A DNA stretch of 64,000 bases from Candidatus Bathyarchaeia archaeon. GTDB taxonomy: Archaea > Thermoproteota > Bathyarchaeia > Bathyarchaeales > Bathycorpusculaceae. Shown here piece after piece: positions 1 through 9,090 of the stretch. The stretch lies in NCBI GenBank assembly GCA_050010755.1, contig JBEKKK010000001.1, positions 384,001-448,000 on the forward strand. Direction: 5' to 3'. Both the position numbers and the translations under genes were made by a program. The notes under the pieces are model-generated. The model was not told the DNA's origin. It saw nothing but the letters and a program-made list of their open reading frames with translations, and ran no database searches. The stretch's first letter is position 1. Every line of letters begins with the position of its first letter.

Positions 1-455
1 AATCCAGCCTTTGCGGAATGAGCGGCAAGGGCTGCAGCAGCGTTTCCGCTTGATGCTGTAACAGTTGTGCCAACGCCAAACTCGACGGCTTTCGAAACCC
101 CAACAGTCATCGAACGATCCTTGAACGAGCCCGTGGGACTTCTAGTCTCATCTTTAAGATAGAGCCTTCGCAGGCCCAGTTCTCTAGCGAGTTTCGTTGC
201 CTTAATAAGAGGTGTTCCTCCAGCATCGAGGCTGACGATGTTCTTCTTGTTCTTGACCGGAAGAAATTCATAGTATTTCCAAACGTTCGAGGCTCTTCTG
301 CTCAGAGTTCGTTTGGCCACTCTTTCTGCGATGGCTGAATAGTCGTAGTACATGTCGAGACGGCCTCGGTCCTTGTTGAGGCACATGCAGATTTTTTCGT
401 CAGCCGAGTATTCTCGTCCACAGCGGGCACATTTCATCTTCGTGACGAAGGCCAA
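1..455 (-). CDS. thrC: Threonine synthase-like PLP enzyme (N-terminal part; runs off window edge)
   Basis: Own translation: MAFVTKMKCARCGREY...VSLDAGGTPL...LYLKDETRSPTGSFKDRS...TASSGNAAAALAA; ThrC-type N-terminal Cys motif and SFKDR PLP-lysine motif. Not in the ORF track because truncated. Confidence 0.85.
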   Translation of the reverse strand, partial: MAFVTKMKCARCGREYSADEKICMCLNKDRGRLDMYYDYSAIAERVAKRTLSRRASNVWKYYEFLPVKNKKNIVSLDAGGTPLIKATKLARELGLRRLYLKDETRSPTGSFKDRSMTVGVSKAVEFGVGTTVTASSGNAAAALAAHSAKAG

Positions 456-482
456 CCAAAACACCATCACTCAATGATTGAC

Positions 483-1949
483 TTATTGAAGGCCGACTTT
501 CTCGTTGAACTGACTGATTAGTTCATCTATCCTGGGCACCAGCTTCTGGTTTTCGGTCCAGTACGACTCATAATCGTACCATTGACTGTTCAGCTCAGGA
601 AGACTGAACATCTGCTGCTCTATCCAAGTGAAGTACTTCAGGTGATGTATCCGTTTCCGATCATAATGGTTGAGCTCCATCATCGAGTCAGTCTTCACCG
701 CCATAAGGTGTCGGTGGAAATCTTTCACCGCGTCCTTCTCGCCGTATTCGCCTTCTCGTTCCTGCGCCTCTTGCAGCCGGGAGCGGTACAGTTCCATCGA
801 GTCCGTGAACACTGTCAGCACGACATCTTCGCGCCCAAGCTCGTAGTACTTCGCGAACTTTATCGACATCAGCACGTTCGCTATGCTGGAAATGCCCAGC
901 AGGTCAAGCCTCGAAACTAGTTCCTCGGGAACGCCTGCCTCGTCCGTGAGGTATCTGCGTCCGGCTGACTCGTTGAACAGTCTCATCAGGCTGAGCGGAT
1001 CGTTGTCGTCAATTCCAATGGCGAAATCCGTGTTTCTGACGTTGTGGATCCAGGGAACGTGCTTGTCGCCTATGCCTTCGATTCTGTGCGCACCGTATCC
1101 GTTGAGCAGCAAGGTGGGGCATTGAAGGGCTTCTCCTGCGGCGATCTTCGAAGTCGGATAAACCTGTTTCAGGTAGTCTCCGCATGCAATCGTGCCCGCC
1201 GACCCTGTTGTGAGGCAAACGCCTCGAAATTGGCCTTTTCCGAGTTCTTTCTTTATGACCTCTTCCATCGCGTGCCCCGTGACGTCATAGTGAAACAAGT
1301 AGTTGCCGAATTCGCTGAACTGGTTGAACACGAAAATGTCTTTTCGCGTCCGCTTGAGTTCCCACACCTTGTCGTAAATCTCTTTCACGTTGCTCTCGCT
1401 TCCGGGTGTGGCGATTATCTCACCCGCCACGGTCTTCAACCATTCAAAACGTTCTCTGGACATTTGCTCCGGAAGAATTGCGATGCTCTCGCATCCGAGA
1501 AGCGTCGCGTCATAGGCTCCCCCCCTGCAAAAGTTTCCGGTGCTGGGCCAAACCGCCTTGTGCCTAGTGGGATCAAACTGGCCCGTCACCAGCCTCGGAA
1601 CGAGACAACCGAAAGTCGCGCCAACCTTGTGCGAGCCCGTCGGAAACCACTTCCCGACCAATGCGATTATCCGTGCCTCGACGCCGGTGAGCTCCGGCGG
1701 CAACTCCACATAATTTGGCGCGGACTGAAACAGCCCGCCCTTTGGCACCGGCTCGTTCTTCCAAGTGATTCTGAACAGGTTCTGAGGGGCAACGTCCCAA
1801 AGTCCTATGTTCTTAAGTTGTTGTTTGATTGCACTCGGCGCCATGTTGGGGTTTTTCAGCTGAGCAAACGTTGGGACAATTATGTTCCTATCCTTACACC
1901 TCTGAACCGTTCGCTCGAGCTGTTCCTCGTTAACCGTGAGATCTATCAA
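483..1949 (-). CDS. Fold-type II PLP-dependent enzyme (cysteine synthase/threonine dehydratase-like, long form)
   Basis: PTGSHKVGA (PLP Lys), PSTGNF, TTGSAGT, HRIEGIGD motifs. Confidence 0.8.
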   Translation of the reverse strand: MIDLTVNEEQLERTVQRCKDRNIIVPTFAQLKNPNMAPSAIKQQLKNIGLWDVAPQNLFRITWKNEPVPKGGLFQSAPNYVELPPELTGVEARIIALVGKWFPTGSHKVGATFGCLVPRLVTGQFDPTRHKAVWPSTGNFCRGGAYDATLLGCESIAILPEQMSRERFEWLKTVAGEIIATPGSESNVKEIYDKVWELKRTRKDIFVFNQFSEFGNYLFHYDVTGHAMEEVIKKELGKGQFRGVCLTTGSAGTIACGDYLKQVYPTSKIAAGEALQCPTLLLNGYGAHRIEGIGDKHVPWIHNVRNTDFAIGIDDNDPLSLMRLFNESAGRRYLTDEAGVPEELVSRLDLLGISSIANVLMSIKFAKYYELGREDVVLTVFTDSMELYRSRLQEAQEREGEYGEKDAVKDFHRHLMAVKTDSMMELNHYDRKRIHHLKYFTWIEQQMFSLPELNSQWYDYESYWTENQKLVPRIDELISQFNEKVGLQ

Positions 1950-2029
1950 TCAATTCGCCCTTCGTCCATTCTGAAGAGATAAAACTTATAAATCCACCTA
2001 CTGCTTTTGCTAGACCCAAGGTGTAACAA

Positions 2030-3082
2030 ATGAAGCAGTACATCGGAGTTTTCAAGGGAAGAGACTGGCTCGAGACACAATCATGGAGCCAAGAAGACCT
2101 CAAACTGCTCATATCCGCCTCTAAAGATTTGAAACAGAAGTACAAAGCAAGAAAATCAACCGCCGACATTCTTCGCGAGCGCACGCTTTTCATGATTTTC
2201 TTCAACCGATCACTGCGGACCAGAAACAGCTTCGAAGCCGGCATGACCCAACTGGGCGGGCACGCACACTTCCTCTCGCCCCAGGACATCTACGTCCCAG
2301 CATTGCCAGAGGATGAAGAAGCCTACAAGACGGAACGCATCGCCGACGTGGCCCGAGTGCTCAACGAGATGGGAGACGCCATCGCAATAAGAATCTACGG
2401 CGACGCTGCAAAATGGATGTACGGACGCGGACACCGCACCGTTGAAGAGTTTGCCAAATGGGCAAAGATCCCAGTCATCAACATGGAAGACGATGTCTTT
2501 CATCCCTGCCAAGAAATGGCGGACATACAGGCAGTAGACGAGCATGTTGGTAAGTTTCAGGGCAAGAAATTCGTAATGTCCTGGGCCTACAGTGAAGGCT
2601 TGAAACCGCTCGCCGTGCCCCAGAGCTGCATCCTGATAGCCTCAAAAATGGGCATGGACGTAGTGTTTGCCAGGCCTAAAGGCTTCGAGCTCGAGGACAA
2701 AATCATCAAGTGGGCAAAAGAAAACGCAGACCGCTACGGGGGCAGCTTCAGGGAGACCGACAACATGGAAGAGGCTTTTGAAGGAGCGCACGTCGTGTAC
2801 CCTAAAAGCTGGACTGCAAGGGCTGCACTGCCCGGACCGTGGGGAGGCCCCGCTCAGCCCGACAAGCAATTGGCGCTGGAATACGCACGGAAGAACAAAG
2901 GGTGGATATGCGACAAGGCCAAGATGGATTTAACGGACAGGGCCATTTACATGCACTGCCTACCCGCCGACCGCGGAATGGAAGTCACAGACGAAGTCAT
3001 CGATGGACCCCAAAGCGTGGCGTTCGACGAAGCAGGAAACCGGCTGCACGCCCAGAAAGCAATCATGGCCGCTATAATGTGA
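2030..3082 (+). CDS. Ornithine carbamoyltransferase-family transcarbamylase, YgeW/AOTCase-like
   Basis: SLRT carbamoyl-phosphate motif, HPCQ, WAYS..KPLAVPQ (YgeW-like), YPKSW, HCLPADRG. Confidence 0.85.
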   Translation: MKQYIGVFKGRDWLETQSWSQEDLKLLISASKDLKQKYKARKSTADILRERTLFMIFFNRSLRTRNSFEAGMTQLGGHAHFLSPQDIYVPALPEDEEAYKTERIADVARVLNEMGDAIAIRIYGDAAKWMYGRGHRTVEEFAKWAKIPVINMEDDVFHPCQEMADIQAVDEHVGKFQGKKFVMSWAYSEGLKPLAVPQSCILIASKMGMDVVFARPKGFELEDKIIKWAKENADRYGGSFRETDNMEEAFEGAHVVYPKSWTARAALPGPWGGPAQPDKQLALEYARKNKGWICDKAKMDLTDRAIYMHCLPADRGMEVTDEVIDGPQSVAFDEAGNRLHAQKAIMAAIM

Positions 3083-3114
3083 GAAACGCTGCGAACCGTT
3101 ACTCTTCCAATATT

Positions 3115-4212
3115 TCATTTTTTCTTTAGCGGTTTGTTCACTTCAGCGAAACGTTCGGCCATCGCGTCGAACAGGCACCCTGCGCCGAACCTCTGAACGT
3201 CTGTCGCGGGTAGGTCTGTTTCTTTTTCTGCTTGCCTCATGGCCGCCCTGATTTCTTCGTCCGACTTCAGGCCGTCGTAGTTGTAGATGTAGCTGATTGC
3301 GATTCCAACCACCCTGGTTTGAGGGAACACTGTTTCAATCAGTCGGATCTCTTCTTTGGGGTTCGGCACTTTCATCGTTGGAAAACCGTCCCGTGTTCCT
3401 CTGAACGGATCGTGGACCATTATGACGGCATCGGGTTGAGCGCCATACAGTATTGCGAGAGTTTCCACTCCGTAGGCTGGGTGGGAGAGTGAAGCCTGTC
3501 CTTCAACGATGATAAAGTCCTTGTCCATCTTTGCAACTTCGCCGGTCATCTTGGCCACTGTTCCAGGTATAAAATCGCCGGGAATCGCATCTATGGCTGC
3601 GCCAGCGTCGCCTCTCACCAGCATCATCGTTTGGCCCGTCGCTACGGCGCCGACTTTGAAGCCTCGTTTTTCAGCCTCCTTAGCGAGTTCCATCATGACT
3701 ATGTTCTTGCCGGTTGCCGCATCAGTGGATAGGATTGCGACGACGGGCACTTTGATTTTTAAGACTTGCTTGAGTACTTCAAGATTCTTGGGAGGCTTTC
3801 TCAGATCAATCAGTTTTACTCCGTACTTCTCTGCGAGGTCGCGGAATTCTGGTTGGTCGCCGAAGAAATAGTGCAGTCCGCTCACGACGTCTAATCCGTT
3901 TTTGATGGCCTCTGTGATGATGCTCCTCCACTCTTCTGGGAGGCTTCCTCCTGGCGGTGCGATCCCGATGATTATAGCACCTGGCTTGTACTTCAACGCC
4001 TCTTTGAGGCTTTTGACGACGGGAATGTTCCGCTTGCCTGTTCCGACAGCTTCTCCAGCGTCCTTTCCCGCTTTTTTCTCGTCAATCACTCCGACAATCT
4101 TGTACTTGCCCCCGTAAATTACGAGGTCGTTGGCAGTCTTCCCTTCAAGGGTTCCCAAAGCCTTGCTCGCAAGAATTATGGCTGTTTTCCGACTTTGAGA
4201 CAAGTAAATCAC
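3115..4212 (-). CDS. DUF1611 family protein (DgcN-like N-acetyltransferase)
   Basis: GIAPPGG, SGLH, TDAATGK, ATGQT, VEGQASLSHPAY, GAQPDA motifs typical of DUF1611. Confidence 0.85.
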   Translation of the reverse strand: MIYLSQSRKTAIILASKALGTLEGKTANDLVIYGGKYKIVGVIDEKKAGKDAGEAVGTGKRNIPVVKSLKEALKYKPGAIIIGIAPPGGSLPEEWRSIITEAIKNGLDVVSGLHYFFGDQPEFRDLAEKYGVKLIDLRKPPKNLEVLKQVLKIKVPVVAILSTDAATGKNIVMMELAKEAEKRGFKVGAVATGQTMMLVRGDAGAAIDAIPGDFIPGTVAKMTGEVAKMDKDFIIVEGQASLSHPAYGVETLAILYGAQPDAVIMVHDPFRGTRDGFPTMKVPNPKEEIRLIETVFPQTRVVGIAISYIYNYDGLKSDEEIRAAMRQAEKETDLPATDVQRFGAGCLFDAMAERFAEVNKPLKKK

Positions 4213-4298
4213 TTCTCTTTTTCATTGCTCCACCACCTCGCTAAAATATAACTTTATCCATTGACAATTCACGTTTGCGAACGGGGCGGTTTGCGGAA

Positions 4299-5657
4299 AT
4301 GGCTGTGGATATGGTTTTGAAGGGTGGAAAAATAGCGACTTCGACCGGCGTCGTGGAGGCAGATGTGACGGTGGACGAGGGGAAGATTGTTGAAATTTCG
4401 AAGACCATTAGTCTGCCCGAGACTGGCAAGGTGCTGAACGTCAGCGGGCTTTTCATCCTTCCGGGAATCGTTGATGCTCACGTTCATGTGTGCGATCCAG
4501 GGTTTATCCGGGAAAGTTTTCGAACGGGCACGGCGGCTGCGGCTGCTGGCGGGGTGACAACCATAATCGACATGGCTTCGTCTGGCCAGCTTCGCATTTC
4601 CTCGGTCGTGATGTTGAACAGGAAAAAGGAGGCGGCTGAAAAGGAAGCTTTCGTGGACTTCGGTCTGTACGGGGGTGAAATCGCTGATGAGAAGGACTTG
4701 GTGGAGATTGCAGAGTTGGTGAGGGCTGGTGTGGTGGGTTTCGGCGAGATAATGATGTGCGGTGACATGCCTGTCAAGAATGACGAGGTTCTGCTGGAGG
4801 CTTTGAGGCTGATTTCAAGAGCGAAGTCGGTGGCAGCCGTACATGCCGAAGACAACTCCTTGCTGATGGCTATGAAGCAGAAGATGATGTCCAGAGGAAG
4901 AGGGGACGCTTTGGCGTTTGCTGACGCGCGTCCCAACGAGGCCGAAGCGCAGGCTGTGGCCAAGGCCTTGATACTGTCCAGAAGAGTGAATGGGAAGCTT
5001 CACGTGTGCCACTTGTCAACGAGGGAAAGCTTGGAGTCGATTCGAACTGCAAAGGCTCGGGGGATGCGTGTGACGACTGAAGTCTGTCCTCATCACTTGT
5101 TCTTGACGAGAGATTCGTACGCCGAACTGGGTCCGCTCGTTATCACTACTCCACCCTTGCGGACAAAACACGACGCGTACGCGCTTTGGAACGGTCTGAA
5201 CGACGGAACCATAGACCTGATCGTCTCTGATCACTGTGCTTTTAAGAAAAAGGAAAAGGACGTGGGTTTGCAAGACGTCTGGAAAACTCCGCCCGGAGTA
5301 CCGGGGCTCGAAACGCTTGCTCTGCTGATGCTGGGAAAGGGGGTTAGCGAGGGCAGGGTGTCACTCGAGAAATTCGTCAGGGCTTCTTCCGAAAACCCGG
5401 CAAAAATCCTTGGGCTGTATCCGAAGAAAGGGGCTCTGCAGAAGGGCGCCGACGCAGACATGCTGATCGTTGATCTCCACAAACAGCACAAGATCACGGC
5501 GGAGGACATGAAGTGCGTGGCCGATTACACGCCTTTCGAAGGGTGGACTGTGAACGCAAAACACGTCATGACAATGGTTCGAGGACGAATCGTCGCCGAA
5601 GAAGGCCAGGTGATTGGAAAAATGGGGTATGGCAAATTCGTAAAGCCTTCGCGATAA
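4299..5657 (+). CDS. Cyclic amidohydrolase (allantoinase/dihydropyrimidinase/dihydroorotase family)
   Basis: LPGIVDAHVH, GGVTT, VHAED, HVCHLS, PPLR, SDH, NPAKILG, GADAD. Confidence 0.9.
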   Translation: MAVDMVLKGGKIATSTGVVEADVTVDEGKIVEISKTISLPETGKVLNVSGLFILPGIVDAHVHVCDPGFIRESFRTGTAAAAAGGVTTIIDMASSGQLRISSVVMLNRKKEAAEKEAFVDFGLYGGEIADEKDLVEIAELVRAGVVGFGEIMMCGDMPVKNDEVLLEALRLISRAKSVAAVHAEDNSLLMAMKQKMMSRGRGDALAFADARPNEAEAQAVAKALILSRRVNGKLHVCHLSTRESLESIRTAKARGMRVTTEVCPHHLFLTRDSYAELGPLVITTPPLRTKHDAYALWNGLNDGTIDLIVSDHCAFKKKEKDVGLQDVWKTPPGVPGLETLALLMLGKGVSEGRVSLEKFVRASSENPAKILGLYPKKGALQKGADADMLIVDLHKQHKITAEDMKCVADYTPFEGWTVNAKHVMTMVRGRIVAEEGQVIGKMGYGKFVKPSR

Positions 5658-5850
5658 TAAAAAAGGACTCATCACGACGCGCATGCTTGTTCGCAGATTC
5701 TGGTTACTGATGTTTTGCGGTGGCTTTCGCCATGTAGCGCGCCAAAACGAAATTCATAAAGGAGGGGCCAATTTTCTTCTTAAATGCTTAGCGCGGGCTA
5801 GCTATTTAAGAGTGGAAAAGTCAAGAATAGCTCGTACGGTATGAGATAGA

Positions 5851-6936
5851 GTGAAGATGAAGATTTCAATCATACTGGGAACTCGGCCAGAAATCATTAA
5901 GTTCTCGCCGGTAATTCGAGAGTGTGAACGTCTAGGCCTAGACTTTTTTGTTCTTCACACGGGTCAGCATTACTCGTATGGCATGGACCGAGTCTTCTTT
6001 GAGCAGCTTGAACTGCCGGAAGCGAAATATAATCTTGACGTGGGCTCGGGAACCCATGCTGAACAGACTGGAAAGATGCTTATTGGAATAGAGAAGGTGT
6101 TGAAGCAGGAGAAGCCCTGTGTTGTTCTGGTGGAGGGAGACACTAACACTGTGTTGGCTGGCGCCTTGGCTGCGAGGAAGCTGGAAATCAAGGCTGGACA
6201 CTTGGAGGCTGGGTTGAGAAGCCATGACCGCGAAATGCCTGAAGAGACCAACAGGGTTGTTGCAGATCATTGTTCAGACTTGTTGTTCGCTCCTACGGCG
6301 AAGGCGAGAGAGAACCTGCTCAGAGAAGGGTTGGATGAGTGTGCCATTTTCGTGACGGGTAACACCGTCGTCGACGCTGTACGTGAGAATCTGGAGCTGT
6401 CGAAGAGGAAAGGAGAGGTGTGGGAAGAGTTGGGCATTCAAAATGGCGGCTACGCTTTGGCCACTGTTCACAGACAAGAAAACGTTGACAATCTCACAAG
6501 GTTTCGAGGCATTATGGACGGATTGATGAGGGTCCACAAGGATTTCGGCATCCCTGTCGTCTATTCCGTTCACCCCAGAGCCAAGAAACAACTTGCCGTC
6601 TTCAGCATTCAATCAGAAGGCGTTAACATAATTGAACCCTTGGATTATCTGACTTTTCTGCAGCTTGAGAGCAACGCCAAATTCATCCTGACAGATTCGG
6701 GCGGCGTACAGGAGGAAGCTTGCATTCTTCACGTTCCCTGCATCACGTTGCGGTACAACACCGAGAGACCGGAAACCTTGGATGTCGGAGCTAACACGCT
6801 CGCAGGCGCTGATCCGGACGAAATCGTCAAGAAAGTAGACCTTATGCTCGCCAAGAATCGCGACTGGGAAAACCCGTTCGGAGATGGCAAAGCAGGCGAG
6901 AGAATAATCGACATATTGAAGGAAGAATTTGCCTAA
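5851..6936 (+). CDS. wecB: UDP-N-acetylglucosamine 2-epimerase (non-hydrolysing)
   Basis: GTRPEIIK, HTGQHY, HLEAGLRS, MPEETNR, TDSGGVQEEA, TERPE, GDGKA. Confidence 0.95.
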   Translation: MKMKISIILGTRPEIIKFSPVIRECERLGLDFFVLHTGQHYSYGMDRVFFEQLELPEAKYNLDVGSGTHAEQTGKMLIGIEKVLKQEKPCVVLVEGDTNTVLAGALAARKLEIKAGHLEAGLRSHDREMPEETNRVVADHCSDLLFAPTAKARENLLREGLDECAIFVTGNTVVDAVRENLELSKRKGEVWEELGIQNGGYALATVHRQENVDNLTRFRGIMDGLMRVHKDFGIPVVYSVHPRAKKQLAVFSIQSEGVNIIEPLDYLTFLQLESNAKFILTDSGGVQEEACILHVPCITLRYNTERPETLDVGANTLAGADPDEIVKKVDLMLAKNRDWENPFGDGKAGERIIDILKEEFA

Positions 6937-6960
6937 ACCAAGAGCGCGCGTGGTAAAGTT

Positions 6961-7560
6961 TTATCGTTTTCTCTCTCTAATTCTTATCGACTTCTTCCCA
7001 TCCAAATAGGACCAATCTTTGTCCTTTGATAAGAAGTCTTTTCTTTCCTTCTCTGTCGTAAGCCTCACTGCCATTTCACAGCAATCATCCCCGTCTGGAA
7101 GTGCCTTGATATGGATTAACTTGTATCTAGAGTTGTAAGCCATGTATTTTGCGGGGTCGACATAACAGTAAAGGCGACCCAGTTTCTCTTCTCCGTATTC
7201 CTTCCAAAGTTTGTCCATTGCACAACCGTATACTCTTGTTCTCTTCTCACCATTGACTTCGCACGTTTCGCCTCGGTCATGATGGCCAAGCTTTGGAACT
7301 CGAAGATAGTTGCCCTTGCCAAAATTCTCAGGCGATGCTTCAAGTTTTTGATCAACTATTTCCTTTCTTGTTCTTTTCCCTATGCAGGCTCCATAGTCTT
7401 TGATGGCTTTCATAATCAATCTTTTTCCTTTTTCTTCGCCAAGCTCCTGAATCAATGTCTTAGCGTAAGAAAGATGTAAGAGAGCTAACCTCCGAGTGCT
7501 AATCTCAACCTCTTTTTTCGCTTCCTCTAATGGAATTGCCCCTTCGTTGGTTGCCGTCAT
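6961..7560 (-). CDS. L-2-amino-thiazoline-4-carboxylate hydrolase-like (ATC hydrolase family) protein
   Basis: Helical N-terminus (LGEEKG..I..AI..YG) and C...W..YG...GRLYCYVD...GDDCC cysteine pattern. Confidence 0.65.
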   Translation of the reverse strand: MTATNEGAIPLEEAKKEVEISTRRLALLHLSYAKTLIQELGEEKGKRLIMKAIKDYGACIGKRTRKEIVDQKLEASPENFGKGNYLRVPKLGHHDRGETCEVNGEKRTRVYGCAMDKLWKEYGEEKLGRLYCYVDPAKYMAYNSRYKLIHIKALPDGDDCCEMAVRLTTEKERKDFLSKDKDWSYLDGKKSIRIRERKR

Positions 7561-7696
7561 AACGTCTCCCTCGGTATCGATCAAATTTTTTGTGCTTGAA
7601 TTAGTAAGCTTATTTCAAAGTTAATCGTTTTGCGGGCGCTACCGCGCGCTAAATAACAGCGCTCCCTGTTCTATCGCAGCGTACACTCGTGCCTTG

Positions 7697-8968
7697 TCAC
7701 AGCGCATCTTGTTTTGTCTTTTTCTTGATTCCTGAGTCTTCGAATCTTTTTTCAAGTTGTTTGGCGATGTTGTCCGGAATCTTTTTTTCGAACGGAAGCT
7801 CCTCGGCCTTCGATAGGCGTTCTAGAACCGTCTGGCTTAACTTGCCCGCTGGTGTGAAGGCTTCTGGTCCGCACCAGCGCAGGTCTTCGAGGTTCGTGTG
7901 CATTATCATGGCTGCTCCTCCTGCTCGTGATAGCATGATGGACGGAACGTCGTAAAAGGCTAGGGGCATGTGATCTGAGCCTCCCATTCCCATTTCGCTG
8001 GTGGCTTGAAGGGATATTCCAAGCTCTTTTGCTATGAAAGTCAGGAATGACTTCAGCTCTTCTGAGCCTAGGACGACGGCGTTTAGTGTTCCGAGAAGTA
8101 TTCCGTGAACGTCGAAGTTGAGGCAGAGCTTGAGGTTCTTGATGTTGTGGGGGTTTTCGGCGTAATGGAAGGAACCGCGCAGTCCAAGTTCTTCGGAGCC
8201 GAACGCTGCAAATCTGAGGGTGCGAGTCGGTTTTTCACCCGCAAAGATTCTGGCCAATTCGAGCACTAGGGCTGTTCCTGCGGCGTTGTCATGCGCCCCC
8301 AAAACACTTCTTACAGTGTCGTAATGTCCACCCACGAGTATGTCCTCATCCTCAATAAGTCCGGGCACTTCACCTAGAACGTTCTGGCTCTTAGCAGTCA
8401 ATCTCTGCACTTCCGTGGTTATTTTCAACCTTTTCGGGCCTTTTAACACGTTCAGCACGTCATCGTGTGCCATCGAAACAGCTGGCACGTTATCCTCTGC
8501 GACATATTCGGCACTGATAGACCGGTAAATAGTGGGAGCCAAGGGGGTTCGAGAAGGGTAGATCAGGGCCAAAGGCTTAGCCTTGAGAACCTTGAAGAAA
8601 TCTTTCTGATGAAGGACCATACCCAAAACGGCTATCCTGCTTTCAATTCTCTTCAGCGCTTCCTGCGACGATGACTCCAGCATAACCAATTCGCCTTCAA
8701 CGCCTTCCGGCCCAGTTGACAGAGAATTGCCCACAGCCGCACATCCCAGTTGCGTGCCGTCAGGAAGCGAAACTTCTTCTTTCAGGATTCGGCTTGTCTG
8801 AACCTCAAACTCATCTAGTCTAACGTTGGCAAGTCCCAGTTCCTCAAACCACGTCTTAATTTGCCTTGCTGCCCTCAGCTCCGACTCCGTCCCAGATTCC
8901 CGGTTTCCAATACCTAAGACAAGATTTTCCATAAAACGATACGCCGAACCCGCCTCGAAAGACTTCAT
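7697..8968 (-). CDS. M28 family aminopeptidase with PA-like insert
   Basis: GGHYDT, GAHDNAAG, FGSEELGLRGS, NFD, GSDH, MHT metal ligands. Confidence 0.9.
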   Translation of the reverse strand: MKSFEAGSAYRFMENLVLGIGNRESGTESELRAARQIKTWFEELGLANVRLDEFEVQTSRILKEEVSLPDGTQLGCAAVGNSLSTGPEGVEGELVMLESSSQEALKRIESRIAVLGMVLHQKDFFKVLKAKPLALIYPSRTPLAPTIYRSISAEYVAEDNVPAVSMAHDDVLNVLKGPKRLKITTEVQRLTAKSQNVLGEVPGLIEDEDILVGGHYDTVRSVLGAHDNAAGTALVLELARIFAGEKPTRTLRFAAFGSEELGLRGSFHYAENPHNIKNLKLCLNFDVHGILLGTLNAVVLGSEELKSFLTFIAKELGISLQATSEMGMGGSDHMPLAFYDVPSIMLSRAGGAAMIMHTNLEDLRWCGPEAFTPAGKLSQTVLERLSKAEELPFEKKIPDNIAKQLEKRFEDSGIKKKTKQDAL

Positions 8969-9090
8969 TTCGCACGCCCACCCTTTTTCTAACTAGTCTA
9001 CGCATACTCTAATAAACACTAGCACTGACGGGTGCAGAGACGGTTCAAACTCCTAACGAAACGCGCGCTCGTTATGTCGTATGTTTCAAG

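Noticed and set aside
1044-1982. Long antisense ORFs (also 51227-51958, 52865-53578, 56912-57598, 26590-27252)
   Set aside because: Shadows of well-supported genes on the other strand or frame, with no recognisable motifs.
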